DNA of 64,000 nt from a virus. Lineage: Duplodnaviria; Caudoviricetes. A program made the translations under genes and the position numbers. Shown here piece after piece: positions 49,410 through 58,950 of the stretch. The notes under the pieces are model-generated. The model saw only the letters and a list, made by a program, of their open reading frames with translations, searched no databases and was not told the DNA's origin. The stretch spans positions 1-64,000 of the IMG/VR virus record IMGVR_UViG_3300028393_004061; one strand, given 5' to 3'. The number at the start of each line of letters is the position of its first letter. The first letter of the stretch is position 1.

Positions 49410-50093
49410 ATGAAACCTTTAGTAAGATGGACAATTGGATTTGACAAAGAAGATTCTTATAAAATTTTAAAATTATCAATTTCTAATTTTTATAAACTTT
49501 ATGGCGACACATTTGATTATGCGGTTTGTTACAATAAATGTAATGTTGAAAAAATAAAAATGGATATCGATCTAATAACAATAGATCAAACAAAATATAT
49601 GGAAACTTTAAAAGTTTTACCATTTTCGACCTCTTGGAAGTTATATCCTCCAAGAATAAGACTTACACAACATGAAATATTTTTAGATAATGATGTTGTT
49701 ATTTATAAAAAAATTCCCTTAATCGATGAGTTTCTTAAAAGCAAAAAAATAACATTTGCTACAGAAGCAAAAAAAAGAAATTATGGAAGTTTTGATAAAG
49801 CCATACCAGAAAAAACACTTATAAATACAGGTGTATTTGGTTTGCCTCCTTATTTTGACATTAAAAGTAAAATAAATGAAATGTTAAAAGACGGATGGAA
49901 TAATTGGTATGACGAACAAGGATTAATAGCATCAATATTATTTAAAGAAAATAACTTTAAAATAATATCAATTAATGATATTTTCGTATGTTTCGATGAA
50001 TTAAAATTTGGTCAATATGGAATACATTTTGTTGGTTTGAATATAAATGACAATAAATATTGGACAAAACACTTCAAAAATTTCAAACTATAA
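49410..50093 (+). CDS. GT-A-like glycosyltransferase
   Basis: WKL..PR....EIFLDND; INTG.FG; DEQG; GIHF.G. Confidence 0.65.
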   Translation: MKPLVRWTIGFDKEDSYKILKLSISNFYKLYGDTFDYAVCYNKCNVEKIKMDIDLITIDQTKYMETLKVLPFSTSWKLYPPRIRLTQHEIFLDNDVVIYKKIPLIDEFLKSKKITFATEAKKRNYGSFDKAIPEKTLINTGVFGLPPYFDIKSKINEMLKDGWNNWYDEQGLIASILFKENNFKIISINDIFVCFDELKFGQYGIHFVGLNINDNKYWTKHFKNFKL

Positions 50094-50705
50094 AATAGTC
50101 AAAATGTTTTTTTTAATTTTTTTAGAGTTTAGTTTTAAATCGTGGAATCCAAATGATTTATTGTCTTCGTAATTGCCATGTTCTGTTGAAAACCTATAAG
50201 CAATATCAGAAGGAGCATACTTACAACCATGATTCTCAAATTCCTTACGCAAAATATCAGAAAGCATAACATCATCTGGGTTGTCTACTTCTAGATCTTT
50301 TGTAATTATTTTTTGTGCTTCTAAAAACTTTTTACTTTTTAAACAGAATCCACCATTTCCAACAAGATCGTTTAACCAAGGCCATGGCGCACCAATATAA
50401 TCATAATCAAAAAATGTATCATCCCAAGCATTTGGATTTACAACAAAACCATCCCATTGAACAGTAAGACAAAAATCAGAATCTATTTCATATGGCAAAT
50501 TCTTCACAATGAAATTATCATAATCTCTTTTTGAATTTATTTTTTCGATTAACTTGTAATTCATGTCAACTGGTTTGTGAGTGAATATAATCGTATCATA
50601 AAAATCACAATACTTATTGCACATTTTTAATGCATATATGCTTTCTACTATTTTACTAGAAGATACAGAAATACATGTGACATTTTTTAAATTAATTTTA
50701 CTCAT
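50088..50705 (-). CDS. DUF5672-like protein
   Basis: LTVQWDGFV.NP..W...F..YDYIGAPW; VGNGGF.L.S; FGFH. Confidence 0.75.
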   Translation of the reverse strand: MSKINLKNVTCISVSSSKIVESIYALKMCNKYCDFYDTIIFTHKPVDMNYKLIEKINSKRDYDNFIVKNLPYEIDSDFCLTVQWDGFVVNPNAWDDTFFDYDYIGAPWPWLNDLVGNGGFCLKSKKFLEAQKIITKDLEVDNPDDVMLSDILRKEFENHGCKYAPSDIAYRFSTEHGNYEDNKSFGFHDLKLNSKKIKKNILTIL

Positions 50706-50742
50706 AAACTTAAAAGTATTTATGAATAATATTAAAATTTTA

Positions 50743-52158
50743 CTACAAATTATAATATCCCAAGATATGTTTTATTTCATCGGTATTAAATTCTTCTGTA
50801 TCAACATATGGTTTATCGTTTTTTTCATCGACTTGCAATAAAATTAGATTTTGCTTTGCAGATGAATCTTTTGGAGTAACCCAACTTTGTGGATGACCGC
50901 TTGGTTTCCACCAAGTTTGAGGATCTTTTACTGAATTTTTTTCTAGTTGGTTCATCAATTGGTAAAAATCAGATATAACTAATGAATATTCGATATTATT
51001 TTCTAAAGCTAAGTTTTTCTCTTCTTTTGGATCTTTTTCAATATCGTACAATTCAACAATATTATTTTTTAAATGTATTTTGTAATTATCTTTTCTTATA
51101 ACAGCATATGCTGCTATTTTTCTCTTACCGTCAATATATCTTTCAAAATTACCAAAAAACAAATCATAAATGATTGTTTTTCCTTTAGGACTTTGTTGGT
51201 ACTCAATAAATTTAGATATATCAGAACCATCTATTTTATCATCATGATTTACGCCAATTAATTTGCATAATGTCGGAACAAAATCAACGGCATGATACAA
51301 GCCATTATTTATCAATCCATTATTCCAAGGTTTATAATTTATAAAATTTATTGCTTTAATGCCACCCTCATAGTTAGTGGTTTTTCCTCCACGATATATG
51401 CCATTATCACTACCAGCATTTAAAAAGCCACCATTATCACTTGTAAACCATATTAGTGTATCTTCCCTAAGATTATTGTCATCTAAAGCAACCAATATTT
51501 TCCCTATGCAATCATCTAAATGTGTGACCATAGACAACAAATCTAGCCTTTTACCATTTAGCTTATCTTTATAAACTTCTTTGTATTTTGATGGGTATTG
51601 CAATGGAGTGTGAGGGGAATTGTATGCTATATAATAAAAGAAAGGTTTTGTTTCGGTTTTTAAATTTTCTACAATCTTATTCGTAAGACAATCAGCATTA
51701 TGACCCTCGCAATATGTTGGTTCATTATTTTCTAACAAATCATGAATTGCTCCGTTTTTATTTGTCCAATGATCTATATTTCCATAATAATTTCCATAAT
51801 GATAATCAAAGCCACGATTAATTGGTATGTATTTGACATCTGAATGACCTAAATTCCACTTTCCAAACATTTTTGTCGTATAATTTGCATCTTTGAAATA
51901 TTGTGGCAAAAACTTTGCATCTGAATTTATAGAATTTGTATTCCATGGCCAAATAACCCTTTGCATTCCCAATCGATAACAGTACATCCCAGTCATGAGT
52001 GCTGCTCTAGTAGGAGAACAACTACTCTGAACATAAAAATTTTCTAATCTTGTTCCTTCTAAAGCCAACTTGTCAATGTTTGGAGTTATAGCATCTGCAT
52101 TTTTATATCCAACATCACCATAACCCAAGTCATCTGCGATAATAATAATAATATTCAT
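50743..52158 (-). CDS. Cys-type S1 sulfatase (arylsulfatase B-like), no signal peptide
   Basis: IADDLGYGD, TPNID.LA..G, CSPTR (CxPxR), GKWNLG, SPHTP, SDNGG, GGK..NYEGG. Confidence 0.9.
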   Translation of the reverse strand: MNIIIIIADDLGYGDVGYKNADAITPNIDKLALEGTRLENFYVQSSCSPTRAALMTGMYCYRLGMQRVIWPWNTNSINSDAKFLPQYFKDANYTTKMFGKWNLGHSDVKYIPINRGFDYHYGNYYGNIDHWTNKNGAIHDLLENNEPTYCEGHNADCLTNKIVENLKTETKPFFYYIAYNSPHTPLQYPSKYKEVYKDKLNGKRLDLLSMVTHLDDCIGKILVALDDNNLREDTLIWFTSDNGGFLNAGSDNGIYRGGKTTNYEGGIKAINFINYKPWNNGLINNGLYHAVDFVPTLCKLIGVNHDDKIDGSDISKFIEYQQSPKGKTIIYDLFFGNFERYIDGKRKIAAYAVIRKDNYKIHLKNNIVELYDIEKDPKEEKNLALENNIEYSLVISDFYQLMNQLEKNSVKDPQTWWKPSGHPQSWVTPKDSSAKQNLILLQVDEKNDKPYVDTEEFNTDEIKHILGYYNL

Positions 52159-52163
52159 GTTTT

Positions 52164-52169
52164 TATATA
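52164..52169 (-). promoter_or_regulatory. Putative late promoter variant TATATA, 5 nt before the sulfatase ATG
   Basis: TATATA-AAAAC-ATG, no SD. Confidence 0.4.
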
Positions 52170-52201
52170 TGATAATTGCAAATGTTTAATCTATTAAATT
52201 C

Positions 52202-52978
52202 ATGAAGGATTTATTGATAGGTTCTGTTTATTCAACAAGCGATAGAAACAACTATTGGTATAAACTACAAACAGATTTTATAAAAAAAAACACAACAAAT
52301 GTAGAATATGATTTTTCTATTTTTTTTAATTGTAAAAAAGAAGAATACGAAGAAGAACAAATATTTGAAAAAAACATTATAGCAAGAGGATTAAATGGTT
52401 ATTACTTATCTGAAAATCATAAAAATGGATTAAACCATATCATAAAATATGCAAAAGAAAATAAATATAAGAATTTGCTTTTGCTAGATAGTGATTGCTT
52501 TCCTATTAAAGAAAAATGGTTTAATGAACTATTGTGGCTAACAAAAGATGTACATTATGCTGCTCCCATTAGATTTGAAAATCTTGATAATTTCCCACAT
52601 CCATGTTGCTTTTTTATAAAAAACATTACTGATAGCAATGTATTTTTTTTATTCCAAGAAATAACCACTTTGGTTGGACAAAAACTTAACGAATGCATCC
52701 CAAATATTGATAATTTTTATCCATTGATTAGATCAAATTACAATAACCCAGACCCAATTATGTGTGGAATATATAAAGATATGTTTTATCATCATGGCTG
52801 TGGAAGTAGAATTACAAAATCATCTAGATGTAATGATTTAAATTATTATGGAATGCTCAATAGTTTAAATAGAATCAATAAACATGAAAACGCTCTATAT
52901 GAAAAACTTATAAACCATCCAGAAGAATTTATTTCAAGTCTCATGCGTAATAATCAAAATAAAGAAAATTTAATATGA
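52202..52978 (+). CDS. Hypothetical GT-A-like protein
   Basis: LLLLDSDCFP (DxD); FYHHGCGS. Confidence 0.55.
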   Translation: MKDLLIGSVYSTSDRNNYWYKLQTDFIKKNTTNVEYDFSIFFNCKKEEYEEEQIFEKNIIARGLNGYYLSENHKNGLNHIIKYAKENKYKNLLLLDSDCFPIKEKWFNELLWLTKDVHYAAPIRFENLDNFPHPCCFFIKNITDSNVFFLFQEITTLVGQKLNECIPNIDNFYPLIRSNYNNPDPIMCGIYKDMFYHHGCGSRITKSSRCNDLNYYGMLNSLNRINKHENALYEKLINHPEEFISSLMRNNQNKENLI

Positions 52979-54402
52979 CAGTACTATTAGGATTTTATCT
53001 TGGTCATGACAGCAATATCGCAGTTTCTATAAATGGAAAAATAAAATATAGAAAGTCAGAAAGATATTTTCAAAAAAAACACCATAAAGCAAATTTACAA
53101 TTCGTATTTGACACTTTGAATGATTGGGGAATTGATAAAGTTGACTATTGTGCATACACAGATGGAAATAGACAAAATTTAGGTATATGTCAAAAAAATG
53201 AATTTTTTTGCGATGGATCATTGAAACAATTTAAAAGCTATTGTCTAGATCATCATTATGCTCATGCTTTAAGTCTTTGGCCTGTAATTGACACAGAAAA
53301 AATAAACTATTCCGTATCAATCGATGGAAGAGGAGATTGGAATAGAAGCATGATGGTAATAAAAAACCCAGCTAGAAATCCAACAATAGTAAAGTCGCAA
53401 GATTCCCTTGGCATGGGATATGAGTTTTATCTAATGGGTAAAATGCTTGGGTTTACAGGAATGGAATATGACTTTGCTGGTAAACTTATGGGATTACAAT
53501 CATATTCAGAAGATGATATTGTTAAATTTGGTTTGCCAAAATTGAAAAATACAAGTTATAAAACAAGCCTTCTGTATGGAGATAACAATGCTTATTCTAC
53601 CTACAAAGAATGGCATGAGTATTGGTGGAATTATGTAAAAAATGTATTTGATTTTCCTAAAGATTCTATCATTTCATATACTGGAGGATGCGCACAAAAT
53701 TCTGTTTATAACTATAGATTAAAAAAAATGTTTGAAAATATACATATACCACCACATGCTTATGATGGTGGACTTTCTTTAGGATGTTTGGAATTCTTAA
53801 GAATAAAATATGATTTAAATCAATTTGAAAATACTGATTTTCCATTTTGGCAAGACGATTCAATAGATGAACAACCAACATTAAAAACAATAAAATATGC
53901 AGCAGAATGCATCTCCAGAGGCAAAATAATAGGTTGGATGCAAGGATCTGGCGAACTCGGCCCTAGATCTTTAGGAAATAGATCGATTTTAATGAATGCT
54001 ATAAATCCAAAAAACAAAGATATATTAAACGATAGAGTTAAAAAAAGAGAAATGTGGAGACCATATGCTGGTTCAATACTCTCAGACTTTACCACACAAT
54101 ATTTCGACATGGATAAAAGTGAATATATGTTATATGCCTGTAATGTCACAAATGGGAACATACCAGCGGTAACACATGTTGACAACACTTGCAGAATGCA
54201 AACCGTTAAAGGTGGAATATTCGCAGAGCTTATTTATCAATACTACAAATTGACAGGAATTCCATTAGTTTTAAATACTTCTTTAAATGTTATGGGAAAA
54301 CCAATAAAATCCAAAATAGAAAACCCAATAGAACTATTGCAACAATGTAATCTTGATTACCTTTTTGTTGGAAATAAAATATATCACCAATTAAAACTAT
54401 GA
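52975..54402 (+). CDS. O-carbamoyltransferase (NodU/CmcH/TobZ family)
   Basis: GHDS, DHH.AHA, IDG.GD, GKLMGL, GG.AQN, GELGPRSLGNRSIL, KKRE.WRP, HVD.T.R.QTV, LNTSLN. Confidence 0.9.
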   Translation: MTVLLGFYLGHDSNIAVSINGKIKYRKSERYFQKKHHKANLQFVFDTLNDWGIDKVDYCAYTDGNRQNLGICQKNEFFCDGSLKQFKSYCLDHHYAHALSLWPVIDTEKINYSVSIDGRGDWNRSMMVIKNPARNPTIVKSQDSLGMGYEFYLMGKMLGFTGMEYDFAGKLMGLQSYSEDDIVKFGLPKLKNTSYKTSLLYGDNNAYSTYKEWHEYWWNYVKNVFDFPKDSIISYTGGCAQNSVYNYRLKKMFENIHIPPHAYDGGLSLGCLEFLRIKYDLNQFENTDFPFWQDDSIDEQPTLKTIKYAAECISRGKIIGWMQGSGELGPRSLGNRSILMNAINPKNKDILNDRVKKREMWRPYAGSILSDFTTQYFDMDKSEYMLYACNVTNGNIPAVTHVDNTCRMQTVKGGIFAELIYQYYKLTGIPLVLNTSLNVMGKPIKSKIENPIELLQQCNLDYLFVGNKIYHQLKL

Positions 54403-55109
54403 TACCAGTTATAATAAATAATAGAAACAGATTGACTCATTTTAAAAGTCTTATAAATTGGCTTCAAAAAATAAATTGTAGAATTATTGTTCTCGATAAT
54501 GATTCTACATATGAACCATTAATTGAATATTATTCAAATATATCCAATGATGTTGAGATTTGTTTTCTCGGACAAAACTTAGGACATCAAGCTTTGTATA
54601 GTTGGAAATTACATCAAAAATTTAATGAAAAGTTTTTCATATACACCGATTCCGATGTTGTTCCAACCGATCTATGCCCATTGAATGTTCTTGATTATCT
54701 TGTAGAAAATAAAAGCAAATATAGAGATTATCACAAAATAGGACTTTCACTTAAAACTGACGACATACCAGATCACTACCAACATAAAAAATTAGTTTTA
54801 AAATGGGAAAACGATTTCAAGAAAAAAAACTTAAATGATTTTTATATTTGCCCAGTAGACACTACATTTGCCATCTATGAAACAAAAAGCTTGGCATCTG
54901 AAAACCATATTTTATCGCCATGCCTAAGAACAAAAATACCATACGAAGCAAGACATATGCCTTGGTACAATGATACCAATAAATTAAATGATGAAGAAGC
55001 ATATTACATATCTCATGCAAATGCAAGGTTTCAAAACATACATGGAAAAAACATACCAGTTGGAATGTGGACTCAACTAGATAAGAATAAAGTTATAAAA
55101 GTTTTTTAA
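54399..55109 (+). CDS. GT2-family glycosyltransferase
   Basis: IVLDNDST, YTDSD, VDTTFA. Confidence 0.75.
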   Translation: MIPVIINNRNRLTHFKSLINWLQKINCRIIVLDNDSTYEPLIEYYSNISNDVEICFLGQNLGHQALYSWKLHQKFNEKFFIYTDSDVVPTDLCPLNVLDYLVENKSKYRDYHKIGLSLKTDDIPDHYQHKKLVLKWENDFKKKNLNDFYICPVDTTFAIYETKSLASENHILSPCLRTKIPYEARHMPWYNDTNKLNDEEAYYISHANARFQNIHGKNIPVGMWTQLDKNKVIKVF

Positions 55110-55926
55110 AACCTTTAACTGCAAAATGACAATCACGAAAGCAAGGCAAGTCAGATGAACAATCTTTTTGTAAATTTATAATTCTTTCAAAATCAAGAGA
55201 TGACCATTTGCTTTCGTATAAATTTCCTATCTTCATTTCACATCCATAATCATTAGTACAAGCCAAAGCGGTGCCATCTGGAAGCACTACTGGCCTTTTT
55301 TTCTCATGAAGCTTATCGCAAGTAACAGGATGTAATGATTTTTTTATATTCAATTGTATTAATCCGACACTTTGCAAATTACCAGACCTAGAAATAATTT
55401 CTTGAAACTTATGATTAAGTTTATGTTTGTTTAATTTTTCATTTATGCTTTCAAAATCTTTTTCATTAAATCCAACTTCTAAAAAACATGAATTAGGTAA
55501 ATACTTTTTTATTAAACCCAACTTTTGCCAAATACTCTCATCGAAATTTGGCATCATTGTTTTTTCTCCAACATGGAAATTGACATGAACTTTCTTGCAA
55601 TTGGCCAAAAAGATTAAATCGTCTTCTGTAATTTGATAACCAGTTGTAAAAATCACATATCTATAAACCAATTCTGTGGCTTCGCACAAGGAAACTAAAT
55701 TTCTCCAATCCTTCAAAGCTAACGGCTCACTAAAACCAGCAAAATAAACTTCAATTAAGTGTTTGTCTTCTGTGGCGTTATCGATAATTCTTTTTAAGTA
55801 ATCAACCGATAAAGTTTTATTTTTTCCGTAATCTGATTTTAAAAACTTTGATTGAGGACAATAACTGCAATTTATTGGACATCCAATTCTTAAATTTAAT
55901 TCAATAGATCTATAATTATGGTTCAT
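55093..55926 (-). CDS. Radical SAM protein with C-terminal SPASM/Twitch-like domain
   Basis: CPINCSYC; FAGFSEP; C...VVLPDG....C..D....IGNL...C..C; likely start MNHNY at 55926. Confidence 0.8.
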   Translation of the reverse strand: MNHNYRSIELNLRIGCPINCSYCPQSKFLKSDYGKNKTLSVDYLKRIIDNATEDKHLIEVYFAGFSEPLALKDWRNLVSLCEATELVYRYVIFTTGYQITEDDLIFLANCKKVHVNFHVGEKTMMPNFDESIWQKLGLIKKYLPNSCFLEVGFNEKDFESINEKLNKHKLNHKFQEIISRSGNLQSVGLIQLNIKKSLHPVTCDKLHEKKRPVVLPDGTALACTNDYGCEMKIGNLYESKWSSLDFERIINLQKDCSSDLPCFRDCHFAVKGFKKLL

Positions 55927-56560
55927 AAAAAAATTGTTTATTCTCCAACTCTTTTGGGCCATTCGCACCATATTTTGTCACATCGACACTTTTATAATAA
56001 TCGACAATTCTCTGAAATCCTGTTCCATATACATCCATTTTTCTAGTTATATTAAATGATGTTGCGTTGGGATAAAACGAAGGAACGCAATCAAAAAAAT
56101 ATCCTTCTATTCTAATTCCTTGTAATTTACTTATAAATTTAATATCACGAAGCTTTTCTTTTATACATATCAAATGATTGGTTTGATATGCACCCATGTT
56201 TGTCCATCTCTTCTCATGAGCCAAAATAACTTTATGTCCTGATACTATTTTTTGAGACAGCTTTTTGAAGTTACTTCCACATGACATTGTATCATGTAAC
56301 AGAAAAACATATTCAGATCCTCGATATTCAATTTCAGATAAATGAATTAAGGCAGAATATTCATATGCGTTATAAGGAACGCAATAAGTCTCAATGTTTT
56401 GATATTGAATAACTTCATTACATTTGCAAATTACAATTATTATTTCATTATCTAAAACTCCACAATTGCTTAAACTTTTTATGATCACAGGCAAAGTTTT
56501 TAAATAATATATTGAATTTGAAGCAACAAGATATTTTATCTTTTTTTGATTCTTTAACAT
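55916..56560 (-). CDS. Hypothetical protein, possibly GT-A-like
   Basis: YE..AL....YVFLLHDT, a pattern common in glycan loci. Confidence 0.5.
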   Translation of the reverse strand: MLKNQKKIKYLVASNSIYYLKTLPVIIKSLSNCGVLDNEIIIVICKCNEVIQYQNIETYCVPYNAYEYSALIHLSEIEYRGSEYVFLLHDTMSCGSNFKKLSQKIVSGHKVILAHEKRWTNMGAYQTNHLICIKEKLRDIKFISKLQGIRIEGYFFDCVPSFYPNATSFNITRKMDVYGTGFQRIVDYYKSVDVTKYGANGPKELENKQFFYEP

Positions 56561-57033
56561 AATTTATACCAAATTGGAATATTTCTTTTTTTCCAAGTGG
56601 CTATGTGAGATTTTCCTTTTATGTAATAGTTTTTATAACCTTCAATTGGATCTTTAAGCTTTAATTCTTCTGGCATCGCTTGGACAAATTCAGTCATTTC
56701 TATATTGAGTATGCTACAAGCGTTTTTTAGACATTCCTCTATAATAGATCTGCACTTATGATCTTTTTCATATCTATATGAATATTCCTTGCAAAGCTCC
56801 ATGCCCAATTCACAAAGCCAAATGAAATTACCCATACTTTTACCAGCCCAAATTGTACATGGATGATTGATATGAGTAGATTTATATGGAGTCTTTATAT
56901 CCTTTTGATTTAATACAGTACAAAGAATTTGTGCAGTCTCTAATGACATCTTAACAACATGTTTGTCCATATGCCATTGAGCAGCTTGCTTTGGATTTTT
57001 ATCTAATGCAAATATATTCACGATTAAATTCAT
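56554..57033 (-). CDS. Pyrimidine-dimer DNA glycosylase family protein
   Basis: NIFALD.NP..AAQ.H.DKHVVKM.LE.AQ.L; H.NHPC..W; F.QAMP; Y..YY. Confidence 0.8.
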   Translation of the reverse strand: MNLIVNIFALDKNPKQAAQWHMDKHVVKMSLETAQILCTVLNQKDIKTPYKSTHINHPCTIWAGKSMGNFIWLCELGMELCKEYSYRYEKDHKCRSIIEECLKNACSILNIEMTEFVQAMPEELKLKDPIEGYKNYYIKGKSHIATWKKRNIPIWYKLC

Positions 57034-57048
57034 CCTTGTCTTTGAAAT

Positions 57049-57462
57049 CTAAATAAGTTTGCGGAAACTAATGCCAATACTTAAAAGCTTTTCTTTTATT
57101 TCCATGATGGTCGCATTACCGCAATTTCTTAATGCTCTGATTTCATTTTCAGTTTTTTTAGTTATTTCGCCAACAGTAGCCAATCCAGACCTTCTCAAAG
57201 CTTTCCTAGCCCTAGTTGAAAAACAAAGCGTCTCAATCGACATATTCATGACTTCATTTATTGCATCAGCAGGAACAGTTTGCATCTTGCTCAAAAGCCA
57301 GTTGTTGATATCTTTGACATGATACATTTCCATATCTGTTAATTTACGATATTTCTCCAAAACATATATAGGTTTAGGAAAACCATCACTAGACACCAAT
57401 TCATCGATATCATTATCATGAACAGATAGCATAATCACAAGATCTTGTTTGCGTATGAACAT
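57049..57462 (-). CDS. AlpA-like HTH fused to an RNA polymerase alpha-CTD domain
   Basis: FIRKQDL...L........FPKP (AlpA); SIETLCFSTRA..AL...G..TV..I......I...RN.G.....EI...L (alpha-CTD). Confidence 0.75.
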   Translation of the reverse strand: MFIRKQDLVIMLSVHDNDIDELVSSDGFPKPIYVLEKYRKLTDMEMYHVKDINNWLLSKMQTVPADAINEVMNMSIETLCFSTRARKALRRSGLATVGEITKKTENEIRALRNCGNATIMEIKEKLLSIGISFRKLI

Positions 57463-57473
57463 TTCAAATTTCC

Positions 57474-58019
57474 TTATTTGTTAGATTTAGATTGACTGAT
57501 CTGTGGCTTGATAATTATCTTCTTTTTTTCAAGCATAGCCTTATCAAACCATACCTTCCACAACAACCCAATAGAGTTCTTCGTTTCTTCCTCGTGAATA
57601 ACCAAAGGGCCAAAATCAACGAAGTTTTTACCACCTAAATACAAGTTACTAATCTGAACAAGACTATATCTAGCACATTGACTAACTAATGCATCTTCAT
57701 CGCTGACAAGTTCAACTAATTCAGTCACATACTTTTCTTGATACTTATGTGCAGCCAAAGCAGCGGCAGCCTTAACCCTTTTGTCGGAACGCCCAAGAGA
57801 TGCAGTAAGCATGACTTCATCGCAACGACATAATTGATTGGCTAAAAACAAAACATATTGCCAATCAGCTATTATCTTTTGCTGCTCATTCGAAGGAAGC
57901 CTACTCATTCCACCAACTGGAGGAGATTTAGGCGGGGGTAATGGAGGTCAGCCAGCGTAAATTTTGGCATTTAAACCAAGATATAGGCCTACCAATAAAA
58001 TAAACATAATTTTTTTCAT
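57474..58019 (-). pseudogene. Secreted HEAT-repeat-like protein interrupted by one in-frame TGA (pseudogene, readthrough or error)
   Basis: AAGGA RBS, MKKIMFILLVGLYLGLNAKIYAG-[TGA 57948-57950]-PPLPPPKSPPVGG-MSRLPS...; HEAT-like D.RVK.AAALA. Confidence 0.55.
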
Positions 58020-58089
58020 GGAAATCAATCCTTTCTTATATTTAATTTACTGCACTTATCACTAATTTAAAGTAATAAAAGGAGAATTA

Positions 58090-58950
58090 ATGAAATACTT
58101 TGTTAGTGCTACGCTTTCGCCACAAGTGCAATGGCAATTAGAACTTATGATAGAGAGCTTCAAATCACTTGGAATTGAAGATAAATTATTTATTTATTTG
58201 GCAGTAGATGGAACACCAAATTACCTCGATAATTATTCGAAAAATATCAAATCTCATAAGAATCTTATAAAACATATTAATTATGGAAGAAAAAAAGGAT
58301 TCGAACCATTAAATACGGTTTTTAGTATCGTTAATGCAATAAACGATGGAATCATTCAAGATGAATTCGTGTTACTTCCTACCGATTGCATCATTTATAA
58401 AGAACTTGAAGAAATTGAAGAAGTTGATAATATATCTTTTTGTAAGTTCCAAACAGATCCATTGTTTACACCAGAACTAATCAATAAAGAAATAGATCTT
58501 AAAAACTTTGACTTAAATGTTTCTGAGATATCATCAGATTCTTGGCCATATGCTAGTAGCGTTTTTCACTTCAGAAATTTTTCAATAGATTTCTTCAATG
58601 AACTTGGAATAATAAGTGAAGAATATGTGTTTAATCAAATTAAAAACAAACTAGAACCTTGGAACAAAACAGTTCAAATCGCATTAAATGTAGAACTTAA
58701 AAAGTATCTTGGAAAATATTCATCATTACAAACAAGTGAAATGACATGTAATCTATCATCCAACAAAGTAAATAACTTTATTCATTACGAAAGTGGATAC
58801 TATCCAATATTTAACAAAAATATGTTTCTATTCAACCCGATTTCTTTCGGCAACCCAATTGAAATACTAGCATACAACGCACCAACACTTGCGTTCGCTT
58901 ATACCAGTGGAATTGCACAAAAATATCTAAAGAAAAACAAAAATGTATAA
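58090..58950 (+). CDS. GT-A-like protein resembling peptide O-glycosyltransferases (GT95/GT96-like)
   Basis: WQ.E....SF..LG; Y....F.PLN; EFVLLPTDC; IHY; strong AAGGAG RBS. Confidence 0.4.
   Translation: MKYFVSATLSPQVQWQLELMIESFKSLGIEDKLFIYLAVDGTPNYLDNYSKNIKSHKNLIKHINYGRKKGFEPLNTVFSIVNAINDGIIQDEFVLLPTDCIIYKELEEIEEVDNISFCKFQTDPLFTPELINKEIDLKNFDLNVSEISSDSWPYASSVFHFRNFSIDFFNELGIISEEYVFNQIKNKLEPWNKTVQIALNVELKKYLGKYSSLQTSEMTCNLSSNKVNNFIHYESGYYPIFNKNMFLFNPISFGNPIEILAYNAPTLAFAYTSGIAQKYLKKNKNV

Noticed and set aside
57940-57960. Genome-wide TGA reassignment or selenocysteine at the in-frame TGA
   Set aside because: TGA ends several genes in ATGA overlaps, coding density is already high under code 11, no SECIS-like hairpin is apparent, and the position is not catalytic.
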